Origin: Raillietiella orientalis
Lineage: Eukaryota
Assembly (NCBI GenBank): GCA_036172245.1
Contig: JAYWIR010000054.1
Location: forward strand, 620,001 to 684,000
Direction: 5' to 3'
Length of the DNA: 64,000 nt
Shown here: positions 11,901 to 23,900 of the stretch, piece by piece
Layout of the letters: the number at the start of each line of letters is the position of its first letter
Position numbering within the stretch: the first letter of the stretch is position 1
The notes under the pieces: generated by a model
What the model was told of the DNA's origin: nothing
The model's input: the letters and a program-made list of their open reading frames with translations, nothing else
Databases searched by the model: none
Program-made: the position numbers and the translations under genes

Positions 11901-14900
11901 GGGTAGGAGAGGACCACGGGGAAGAGGGAGCCAGTGAAGGATGAGACTGCGCAAGTGCCCTTTCCGGAGGGCTGCATCCTCACCTGGGTGTACACCAGCG
12001 GTATGCTGACCCAGTCGTAGCACCAGAGCGAGGTCATTTTCGTCCGGAAGCGAAGGAACTCCTGAAATACATGCGGTCAGGCAAAAGGGTTGAGAAAAAA
12101 AATGAGCTAAAAATAAACGTCGGGGGTCCTTCGTACCCTTCGTCCCCGGGGATGAATCTCCCACGCGCGCTGCTGGTTCCCCCGTCACCAACCTTCCTTA
12201 CCGCTCCCCTGGGGTTGCCGCCTCCGCGCTGTCGTCATGCCAACCACCCCGCTGCACCGTTGCGTGCGAAGCTGAGGGACGACGCTCTGCCGGGCGGAAG
12301 CTGTGCGTTTCCCTTGGAGACGGGGAGGGCTATCCGAGGGTATCGGACTTCGGGGGCCAAATGGCGGCGACTGCATGGTTCGGTCGACCGGCGTAGATAA
12401 GCCCCCTCGTAGTGGTGGTGGCAGAGACACCACCACTACCACCACCATCTGTCCTCCCTTGACGGCGGTGGGCCGACTCGGTGCAAAACCACACAGGCAT
12501 GCCGCGAAATCCCTGCCAGCACGTCGGTTCTACGCGGAGGGTGGACGAGCCGGCGTCGATCCACGTGGATCTCTGCCCACCCGGCTGCTGTGTGCCTGGT
12601 CTTGGAGGTGGCGGCAACCCTGCTCGAGGATGCGAGGGACCGGGAAGAGGCAGACAGACTCCGGCAAAGCCTTCCCTCCATTTCCCGCAAGAGGAACCCG
12701 GTTGCGAGCGCATCGCGTGTTCAGAAGAGAATGGGGGGCACACCAAGAAAGTCTTGGGTGTTCCTGCAAAACATCTCTGCTGAGAAAGACTGCCCTCATC
12801 TCGACCTATCCAACCTGCCCCGGGTGAAGGGGTTGATCCATGTGGATCAAAAGGGGAGAAGGACCACAAGAACAGGGCAACCGCCATCCCGTTACGAAAG
12901 TTGCTGATGGGGGATGAGGAGGAGGAGGAAGGAAGAGAAAGGCGGAGGAAGAGAGGGGGAAAGGAGGAGAGGAAGAGTAAGAGAAGAAGGATCATCCGCG
13001 CCCAAGGGGTGGTTGACACTTCTAGGGGGGAGTAGGGAATGGGCACTCTCAGAAGTGGCGCAGCTGGAAGCAGCGCGGTTTCATTTGGGATCAGCAGGGG
13101 GAGTGCATTTGCCGGGCGGTCGATCCAGCAACAGCAGTCAAGGTTGCGCGCCCTCTGTCCGTGCGACTCAGTGGCAAGACGCTCCCTTCCGCCGCGCAAC
13201 CGACCACATGCGAGCCTGGGGCGAAAATTCCTCCTAGCCTTCCCTTTCCTCCTCCCTCGCTGTCTTCACCTACCAACTCCTGCGTGGAGAGGAACGACCT
13301 AGCCCTCATTTGACCCCATAACCCGACCATTCCCACAGAGCGCGGGCAGGATTTCCTCCTCCGGAACCCTCGGAAAGTCGCAGCGACGCGAAAACATGGA
13401 GATCAACGAGGAGTGGTGATTGAGGCGGCAAGGAGTAGGTCAGCTGGTCTGCAAGGCCATGCGGTAGGGACGAAGTCCCGTCACGGGTTCCCGCACCTGA
13501 GTGGTCCGGGGGAAAAGTGTGTAGGAAGCAGCTAGACTCTGCTTCTGCCATGCCTTCGGACGGCTTCCGTTTCAGCGTGCCGCACTGGCCGGCAGCAGAC
13601 TGTGATGACCGTCCCGGCTGTCAGAGGCTCGTGGTCGCTGCAGATTATTGCTCTCCGATTGCCAGTGGAGATGGAGGAAAGGAAACGAAGAGTAGGAGGA
13701 TGAATACGAACGGACAGCTCAATGTCGAAGGCTCACGTGGTCAAAGAGACCATCCTCGTGCCTCCTGATCCGAGCCCTCCTCGTTTCTCGCTCCCTTTGT
13801 TTTGGTTTGCTAAGAAATCAAGAGCCGTGCACCTCCTTGGGGGTGCACGGCTCTCCTTGGGGGACTGACGAAGTCCTTCGGTACTGCTCACGCCACCCGA
13901 GGGAGCATGTGATCCTTCCAGTCAGGCGGTGATCCTGGCGTACCCTATGATTCCAGGAAGACTCCAGAAGAAGAATTCCGTTCCTCTCACGCTTGGGATG
14001 ATTTCACAAAGGAAACGTCTTCCTTATTCTCTCCGGAGGGACCCCCCGAAAAGTTTTCCTCCTCTGAAGAGAACCCCGAAGGGAACTTTCGAATTTTTCT
14101 GGAGGACGCTTCCCGAAGGGATCAGTGCGCTTTCAGCACTCTGGAGAAGCAACTACCCGAGGGGAGTATCAGTCATTCCATGGTACGCGATGGAAGATCT
14201 CTCCACAAGGGAAGAAAAGAGGGGGTTGACTCCATTTTCACAACCCGCGGGGAATCCCGCAGGAAACCAGTTCTTTAATTTCTGGAAGGACAGTGGAAAG
14301 TCAACTTCCGATCCGTCAATGGAAGTATCCAGCTCCACCAGTGCCACACCTCTCATTTCTCGGCATCGATCCTTCCCCAGGCGGGATTCGAACCATCATC
14401 GCTCGCTGCCACGAGAGTAGACCGTGGTCACGCGGCCGCCAACGCGGAAGTGTTGCAACGTTTCCTGTTTCCTTAGACGCTTCTGGGCGGGAGGCGAAAG
14501 ATGGCCGCTTTGTTGGAGTTCTCGGCCAACTATAAGTCTAGGGGGCTTTAGCACGGCAGTAGCTTTGAAAGGAAGCGAGAAAAAGAGAGGAGGAAGAGGG
14601 AGCGATTCACCATTGACAAGTCTTTCTCAATTTAAAAAAACGCTGTGTGTCCTAGGAGGATAATGGGATGATAGGGGTGGTTGATGGTTGACTTCAGCGA
14701 GGCTGATGAAGGTTGTGGTGGCAGTGACGGTGAGTTTGATGGCGAGAGAGGATAATCGGAACGCAGTGCCTTCCTACCATGCGGGGAAGGTTCCCGAGCA
14801 TGCCATTCCCGGCTTGGATAACGGAGGGATTCGGGGCTCCTTCCCCGTCCTCCGGATCGAACGAGGGACGGTCCATGCAGCTTCTCACATGGGACGGCGC

Positions 14901-17900
14901 GGACCGTTTCAACGGGTTTCGTGATCCTCCCCCTACCCCATCGCCTTTCCGCTCCTCGGTGGTCAAGCTCCCTCCCCGCTTTCCCTTCTCCAATTCTCAG
15001 TAACCGGGTGACTTATCCCGTCCCGATCAAGTGACCTTACAGCTGATGTTCGTGAGTTTCGTGAACGACGCCGCTCTTTCAAAGAGACCGCCCTGCCGCT
15101 CCGTCTCGCAAGAAGCGGAAGTTCTCTCCCGAACCTATTCTGCTCCGTCACGGTCGCGGGGAAGTCATCGCATTGTTAATTTCCATTGTCGATGCGCACG
15201 ACTTCGGTAATGACATGGCTATTTCCTTAAAGAGCATTCCTCACTTCCTCATTAAGCACGCATTCTCACAGCTGCCATCACTGCCTGCCTGCATCCTGCT
15301 AAAGAAAATTCCACCCCGAGTCAAGCGGAAAAGGGAAAAAATTATTTCTTTTTTCCTCCAGTCTTGGAACGCGGCTCTCCCATTGCAGGATATATCACTT
15401 CCTCGCTTTAGACCCTTTCGGATCCCTGAACAACTGGTCATTAATTGCCCGGTCCTGTCTCAAGACATCGAGGAGGATGGATGCTGGAGAAGGCACGCTC
15501 GAGAATCAAGCGCATGAACAAGAACTTTATGGATTTTTCCACTCCAAAGATGCAGCAATAGGTGTAAAGGGGTCAGACATTGAATGGGAGTTCACCAACA
15601 CCCCTGTACTGCTTTTTTCTTCCATTAAGCCGACAAGACTTCTTCGGTGGAATCCCGGCAGACGTGCACTATTCTATTCTGTAGGTACAGGAGTCGAATA
15701 GTGGGGATCCTCCTCTCAAGAGGATTGCAGCAGCCCTCAGAAGAATAAAGGGCCAAAAGATCTGCGCAAGAAATAAGCGCCAAGGGAAAAACTCTCAGCC
15801 TTGAGGATCCGAACTCGACCCCCCAGGAAAGCCTCCAGATCGAGACGTATTCCTAGCTTATCCCTGTACGATCTCCTGACCGTCTTTGCAGGAGAGTTTT
15901 AGATTCCAAGACAACGTGAACGCACACGAGGAGACTGGATTGTGACTGATTGCAGATGTTCACTGAAGGTCATGCAAGCATCAGGAATGCTGCACGGAGT
16001 TGACATGACGACCTCGCTCGGTATGGGATGAAGAAACATTTATTGGTTGTTTCGTGCTGGTTCCAGCGATCCTGACTCAGAGTAAGGAGCCATTATGCTA
16101 ATAATAAGGGTAGGAGAGTCTTATTATTAGCGGAATGGCACTATCATTCTCACAATGATACCAACGGAATGTCATTCCATAAAGATTGCTACAAAGTGCA
16201 GCCCATAAACCGAAGATGTAAACGCGATGAGTCGATACCTGGAGGACCGAAAGGATGCTGCCGAATGTCTGCCAGGCAAAGCAAGGACCTGAGACATCGA
16301 ACCTGGGGGCTGCGCTTCACCGGGTGGGGCGACAAGATGAGAAGAATCGGGCAAGGGTTCGACCAGAGATAGCTACACTGTCCTATGTAACCAAAGCTTC
16401 GGTTACAAGAGGGCTGCAGGCTCCCAGTAGCAGTCGACGGTAGAGCTGAGATGGTTCCATAGACATCAGAAGCTGGGATTGGTAACCACGAAGGAAAGCA
16501 ACGGACACGAAACAGGGACCTTCCTATGAACTTGATTCGAGGACAGACGCGAATGTATGAAACACGACCTGTGTTCTCTAAGAAAACCCTTCGTTTCAAA
16601 TCTCTGCCATTGCAAAGATTTGTCGATGGCATTCATTCAAGGCGCTCCCTGGCTACCTTCCTTTTTCAGCTCGCCTCTTGCTGAATGCAACCAGCATCCG
16701 CTGACTCCTCTTCTTGCCAGCACGGAAGCGAAAACGAACTGTTACCTCGTTTTGCTGCTTATCCTCAAGAATTCCACACATTTCTTTTGGTTCCTTGGTT
16801 GTGGTTCGCCTTGAGGCTACACTTTCTGCTGGGGCTTTTTTAAGATCAATCGATCCCATTGAGGTTCATCTCTGAGATGCAAGGGAGCTTTGGTGCAGGA
16901 TCTTGATAATATGGAAACTGATTCAAAACATGCTATTGCTTCTGATAAGTGATCTCTTTTTTTAGCTGCAAGCAGCAAAGCTTTTGAACCAAGTTCTCCG
17001 TCACACAGCTACCCATCTTCTCATCGCCCGACCGCTAATTACGCAGATTTTCGATGACCCGTCCAAACTTCTTGCACGCTATGTCATAACGAAGTCTTAA
17101 TAACCTTCTCCTCACAAATGCTCTTCAGTTCTTTCTGATGACCAAAATGTAAGCTTTGCAATTTCTGACGTTTTGCTTTATCTCCTTCATTGATTCATGA
17201 TTTACCAGTCGCATTGAGGACTCCTTCAATACTGTAAGCTGTTGACCTGCACTACTTTTGTTCCTCTTGATAAAAAATAGAAAGGATATCTATTTTCAGA
17301 ATGAGGGTCCATTGAGAGAAACTTGCTGTTGGAAGCCCAGCGCGCTTTCCAGCCTCTTTTCCCGACTTGCTTTTAGAGTTGATCGAAGGGTAGCTTATGG
17401 ACTGCAGTCTCTTAGAACTAACTCAACTCCATCGAGAGCTCCTACTTATGGACTGTTGTAAGTCAGCAAGCAAGGCTTTATGTGAGGACTCCGAATACTT
17501 TCCTTCCTTCTGTCCGCTTCTTCCCATTTTCTCTTCAAATTATAGGAAACCTTCTCTTGGTTCCTTCGTAATGCTTATGTCTCGATAATCTCTGAATTTC
17601 CCTCAGGCGGCACAAAGATTCTCTGGGAGATATGAAGAGGCTTGCTGTTTCGCCCTTGTTCTCGGGAGCTCTGTTACGTTCCCTCCTCAATAGCACTCCC
17701 GGTTCTCGAATACAAACTCTAGAGGAGGAGGAGACAACACAACACTGGAACAGTGCTTTCCTGGAATGACACCACTGGAGATGGAGATGGAGCGCAGCTG
17801 GTGAGCGATGTGTGCAACACCTGGGTCTTGGACAACGCCACCACGTGTGCGTGGGAACAGCACGCTCGAGTCAGAACGCCCACGAGACTGGAGCACGTCT

Positions 17901-20900
17901 CACGGGTCATTTTGTTCAAGGTCGAATCACGAGCTGCCGGAAGGAGGAAAAAAAAGGAAAAAAGGCAGTGCAGCCCCAAGATGTGCGGTGCCGGTTGCAT
18001 GCTTTCCAAAAAGCAGACGCTGCATCCCGTCCGAGGACTCCGAATGCGGGTGGTTCTCTCCTTCGACCGAACCTCGTTCGGCCCCGGGACTCTGCTGCCC
18101 ACGAGTAGAGCGGCAGTATTCTGAATTCAGGAGAGCTCTCCGAACTTGCCCAGTTCCAGTCGTTCAGCAGCTCTCGTTACGCGCTTCCTATTTAGGAACA
18201 TACGCTCTTCATCCATTCGCCGCATCATCGTCTTGTTTTCATTGTTGTTTTCTCTGCAGTATAGGTGTTCGATCTCCTTTTCCTGCTTTTGCATTGTTGC
18301 TTTTTCTCTGACCATTGTTGCATTTTATCGTGCCATGCATCGCGCTTTACTCTTTCTGCGTCATCCTTGCGTCATTCTCTTATGATTTATTTCTGTGTAG
18401 TTCAGAATGTTCTGCCGTTTGCCTTTGAACCAGTAGTATTGGAAAAGGAAGATCCATGCGATGGGAACTTTTCCTTCCTTCTTTCCTCCCCTTCTTGTTC
18501 CTTCAAGAGAGTGCGAAAACAGAGTCTCCTTCACAAATGTGTGGAACCCAGAGGTGGCAACCCAGACAAAAGGAAAGACATAAGAACGAGAATCGCCTGT
18601 CCTGCTCTTAGAGCTGAGAGCGGAAGGAAGAAACAACAGACGTACCCTGGATCGCCTTTTCTTTTTCTCTCTCTCTCTCTTTCCGCTTCGGTGGGGGAGT
18701 CATCCAATTTTTGCTGCTCACTGGGCTCACTGCTCAAGGAGAAAGGATTTCTTGGTCCGAAAAAAAAAAAAAACCCAAGATGGGAGGAGCGGGGGTCTTT
18801 AGTCTAAGGTCGCAACTCCAAAAAGCTGATGCAACTGATGGTCTCAAGCTTCTGCATCGATCCATCTGCACAAATGTTGGCTCGTTTTAGGAAAACTTTT
18901 TTGTTTCTTTCCCGAGGGCATGCGAGGGACTGAGTCTGGGGGGGGGATGTCAAGGGGAAGGCGAGCACTGCAGATAGCCGAATCAGCTCGAAGCTCAGCC
19001 ATGCCCCCAGATTTCTCTCGAGGGACTACAGTTGGTCACAGCTGTTTCTCGAGCTCGGCCTTCTAGAGAAGGGAGTCGGAATTCTTTCCAGCAGGAAGCA
19101 CGTCGATCTGGGAAACGCCGTGGATGGGAGGAGGAGAGGAATCCTTCCTTGATGGGGAGAGGGGGAATTCCTGCTGCAGCGCGGAGTCAGAAGCTAGTAA
19201 AGGGAGAAGTGATCTCGAGGTCGCTGTGTTCCAGCCCCAAGGAACCTCAAGAAGGGAAAAGCGGAGAGGAGGAAAAAAGGAAGGTCGAGCACAGGGCGGA
19301 GGCGCCAAGAACAACGCCTCTGACCGTTCCAGCTGGAGTCTCGACGTGAGATAGAGGCCGAGGGTACAGCAGAGCTCGCGCGACCGTGCTCCTACCGAAA
19401 TCACCCCTCGTGCTGCCGACTCGAGATCTTCGCCTCCAAGAGAGGGAGAGTCCGATTATGAGGTCTGCTGAGCGGTCTCGCCCACTATCTGCAGCGTTTT
19501 CCGCTGGTCCCGGGGCACCCCCGAGTCGAGGCCGGCCTTCCCGAAAAGAGGAAACTCCCCCCAGGCGGCTGCGTCGCTTCTCTTTCCCCTCCCTGCCACC
19601 CTATATCATCGTTTCTCAAATCTTTCTTCAGCGCACAAGACTGGAAGAAGAGGAAACTGCCTGCTCCTTGGTGGCCAGGAAAGAGGGTGGAAAGCACGCG
19701 CGGAAGAGGGGGAAAAGATAGGGAGTATAACATCTTCCTACTTCCATGATGAGCTTCATGCCGAAGGAGTCCTCGATCTTATTCATCTTCCTGGCTTGCT
19801 GGAGGAGCCCCAAGAACCACTGGCTGGGTATCCAGTAGATGTTGAACTTCACGCAGGAATAGTTTTCGTACATCTTGGACTCGTGCTCGGTCATGAACCC
19901 TGGAACGACAGCGAGGATTTGAGTGCATGGTTAGCAGCCTTCCAGGAGAACAGCCGAGTGGGCAGGCGGAAGTAGACCCTGGTTCCTCCTCCTTCGCCGG
20001 AAAAAAGGAGACTCCGAGGGCAGAAAGCGTTTGGGAGCAAACAAAGAGGCGGGTTTCTCAAGGGGCACCTGGATCTTTTTTTTCCCCGCAGCGTGTGCAC
20101 GATCAGGAGAGAACTTCCGCTTACTGTTCTCGGAGAGTCCGAAAGAGCAAGTTCTACTCGTTCACTCCCCCATCGTCGGATCTGCTTTCTCTTCTTATCC
20201 CTGCTTTTCTCCGTCTTTCTGCACCAATTACCGCGCTGGCGTAATAACCTTTTAATAGCCGGGTCCACGGGAATTACACTTGGGCAAGAAGGCGTTGCCC
20301 AAGACGCACCCCATCCGAGGACTCCGAATGCGGGTGGTTCTCTCCCTCGACCGAACCTCGTTCGGCCCCGGGACTCTGCTGCCCACGAGTAGAGCGGCAG
20401 TATTCTGAATGCAGGAGAGCTCTCCGAACTTGCCCAGTTCCGGTCGTTCAGCAGCTCTCGTTACGCGCTTCCTATTTAGGAACATACGCTCTTCATCCAT
20501 TCGCCGCATCATCGTCTTGTTTTCATTGTTGTTTTCTCTGCAGTATAGTTGTTCGATCTCCTTTTCCTGCTTTTGCATTGTTGCTTTTTCTCTGACCATT
20601 GTTGCATTTTATCGTGCCATCGATCGCGCTTTTCTCTCTCTGCATCATCCTTGTTTCCCATTCTCTTATAATTCATTTCTGTGTACTTCCGATTAATTCA
20701 CTTTTGATATCCGCTGCTCACTCCATGCTAATTGAAAGTGACCATTCATCCGCCACTGAATATCTGCAGGCATACTAGCTTCGCTGTTGGTATCCCCCCC
20801 CCCCTTTCCCCCCTCTATCATCGTTCTCGACCGACGTGCTCACCCTCATCTTCCTGGTGTCGCCGCCGTCACTTCCATCAGCCTCATCCTCGATGCCTCC

Positions 20901-23900
20901 ATTCCATCGTTGGTACGCTGGTCGATCAAGTCACATGGAGGCGATGCTATGAATTTAGCTGCCGATTGGGGAACGCAGAGGACCGAGGGACCTCACCACA
21001 AATCTTTAAGAGCTCTACCCCTTCCGGGTCTTCCCCAGACTCGCGGAGGCGGAAGGCATCTCCTGGGGGAAGGCAGCTGACGCGAGCCTGCCGCCGCCGC
21101 CCGAAGGCTGACTCCGAAAATCCCCGAGCAGACCTCCCGCGCGCGCGCGCGGAGGTGGAGGCGGGGGGCTGCCCGCGGCAACAGCTTTCCCCGCCTGCCC
21201 TCCCTACCCTCCGTTTTACCCTCGCAACCCCCTCGATGCACCAGCCGCGTGTTTCCGAGGACGTCCGCTCGGGGATCTGCTCCCCTAAGGAGTCGCCAGC
21301 ACTCCCTAAGGGTGCGCGCTAATGGCGACCCCCAGGCGAAGGGGCCGGGAAGGAAGGGGCGAACGAGAGTGAGGCACAAGGGAAAGCTGGAAGGGGAGGA
21401 CGCGCGGCCCTCTCACCTGTCTCGACGAGGTGGGAGATGGTAGGGAAGCGCTTCTTGACCGCCGAGCTGATGGATCGAAGGCAGAGCACCAGGGACAGAT
21501 TTATGTAGCGCATCAGCGACCTCCGTATCATCCTGCTGGTCTCGTCCTGACCAACGACGTACATGCTTACGCACTGCCCCATCCTGGAGCGTAGGGAGAC
21601 ACGGGTAGAGAGGGAGGAGGAGTTGCTTGAGCAGCCCCAGCCCTCTGAGGGATTTTTTTTCATCCCTCCCTCCCTGCGGGCGGCACCCGAAGGGCTACCT
21701 TCCCGGGATCCGGCATCGTCAAGGCAGCAGGGAGGAGGGTGGAGGAGGGGAAGGAGAGGAAAGGGAACGGGAGATCGCCCTCCCCGGAGGCTGCTGCTGC
21801 GCCAAGAAAGACCTCCAGGAAGCAGGGTGCGCGCGGCCGGACGGGCGATTCCCCTCCCCACCCTCTCTAGGTCACTCGCAGGTGCCTCCGGCGTTCACGG
21901 CGGCGGCTCCTCCTCTGCGAGGGAGGGAGAGACATCGCAGGAGGCAGGCGCGAAGAACCGAGGAGGATGGCTGAGGAGCAGGGAAGAGGGAAGAAAACTC
22001 TTCAGGGGTTTCTGGCAGCATTCCACCCCACCCTCTACCCCAGCCCCTCGCCCCAAAAACTCACCGGTCAGGCCAAGGAATGTTCTCGAACTGTTGCCAC
22101 CATCTGGAGATCACGAAGGAAACGTAGAAACCCAGGATGAAGGACAGAGGGATGAGGTTGACGTACTCGTCGCAGTACCTGACGGCGGCCTCGAAGCTCC
22201 TGCAGGGGTAGCCCAAAAAAACAGAGGCGGTGAGCCATGGACGCCCTGCCCTCTCCCCCACCTTGCCGGGAGGCGATGGAAACGGGAGGAATGGCGGATC
22301 GCGACCCGCTTCTGTCCATCTCGGCTCGCTTCCCTGCTCAATGTCCCATGCCATGCGTCGCCAGCGCAGCGAGCATTGGAAGGCACCCCGGAAGGCGTGC
22401 CCCGGCGCCATTCCAAGGCGCAGCGCAGGGCACGCCCGCAGCACCTTCTCGCTCCGCCGAGGTCAGCCCCACCCATGCCCTTTGCCCTCTTCCTGGCGCA
22501 CGGATCACCCCCGCAGCGGCAGAAACGGTAGTAGATAGCTCCAAGGACCTCTTCCTGCCCCCTACTCCTACTCTTCGTCTCCATCCTTCTTTTTCTTCTC
22601 TCCCTCTCGTTCTTCATCCTCATCGTCCCCCAACTCTCCCCTCTTCTCTCCTTCTCTTCCTATCATTGATCGTATGACCTCTATCACTTCCAGGAACATT
22701 ACCACTACAAAGACCACAGCCATGAACACTACCACTACAAGGAACGTTGCTACTGCCATAGCCTTGACCACCACTACTGCTCTTCATGCTGGTGCTGCCT
22801 TTCGTGCTGATACTCATGGTGATGGACCTCTTCGCGCTCCTCTTCGTACTGCTGCCGCTTCCACTGCTGCGTCCTGCACCCCCCTCGCAGCCTTCTGCTC
22901 CGGCGGTCCCGGGGACCCGGATAAGAGGCAGCAGGAGAGGGGAGAACAGAACGCACCTCTGTGTGATGTCGGAGTGACGTTGAAGGGGAAGAGGAGGGAG
23001 GAGCCAAGCCAAGAAGGGTCCTCTCGAGCGACGGGAGCACGTCCTCGGACCGGCAGGGGGGTGGCGCAGTCACGAAGGAGCCCTCGGGACAAACCTCCGG
23101 GGATCAGCCGGTCGCTTCCCCCTCCTTCCCCCAAGAAACGGACCCGCCCCCGTTTCCGCTTCCTTCTGGAGGGACCCGCTGGGTCCGGGAGGTCCACCTG
23201 GTCCGCAGACCCTCGAGGAGGAGGTGACCCAAGGCGCCTCGCTGCCCTGCAAGCCGCTCCCGTTCTGCATTTGCCTCAGAGGCTCCTCCACGCGCGTCCT
23301 TTCCCTTTCTTCGGGGTCACGTCGCGGGGCGACTCCAAGGAGACCCCGCACGAAGGCGCCTCCCCTCCCTCTGCCGCTCTGCAGGATCCGCTGCAGCGAC
23401 GTCTCCCGTGACTGACCTCTCCCGGCGGGTCACCAGGAACCGTAGCCCTGCCCCTCGCGCGTCCTGAGCTAACTGCACGCTCGGTGCCCCGCCCTTCGCC
23501 AGAGGCGCGACTCTCGCCTTCGTGAGCGTCGCGCTTCCTACACAAAGCCGGCGCAGGGCAACCTCCGCGCCGTCCTCGCTCCGACCCTGAACCCTGCCCT
23601 TCCCCCCAGGAGCGGGAGAGGGAGGGTGGTCACAAGCGCGCGCACGTTCGAGAGCGTCGCGGAACCGTGGCGCCTCCGGGTTCCTTTGAGGGGCCTGATG
23701 GCGCCACCTGACCTTCCTCTCCACTCACTTGGCAATGCCGCCCATCGGCTCACTTGGCGGCTGCGGTCCCCTACGCGCGCGCGAGGCACCACCAGGAGTC
23801 GCAGGTTCGGATCTTCGCCCGGGAGGGAAAACCGACTCCGAGAGATGGGGTTGGGTACGTCGTGGGAGTTTCGAATTCCCCCCGCAAGATGACGCTGGCC

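Noticed and set aside
16990..17040. VLRHTATH resembling a tyrosine-recombinase HxLRH motif
   Set aside because: Short frame with no other catalytic motifs, and it lies antisense to a better-supported hAT relic.
17672..17820. TGT...ACA segment as a solo LTR, and the 18030/20314 repeats as paired LTRs
   Set aside because: No target-site duplication, PBS or PPT, and the repeats enclose a host exon rather than gag-pol.
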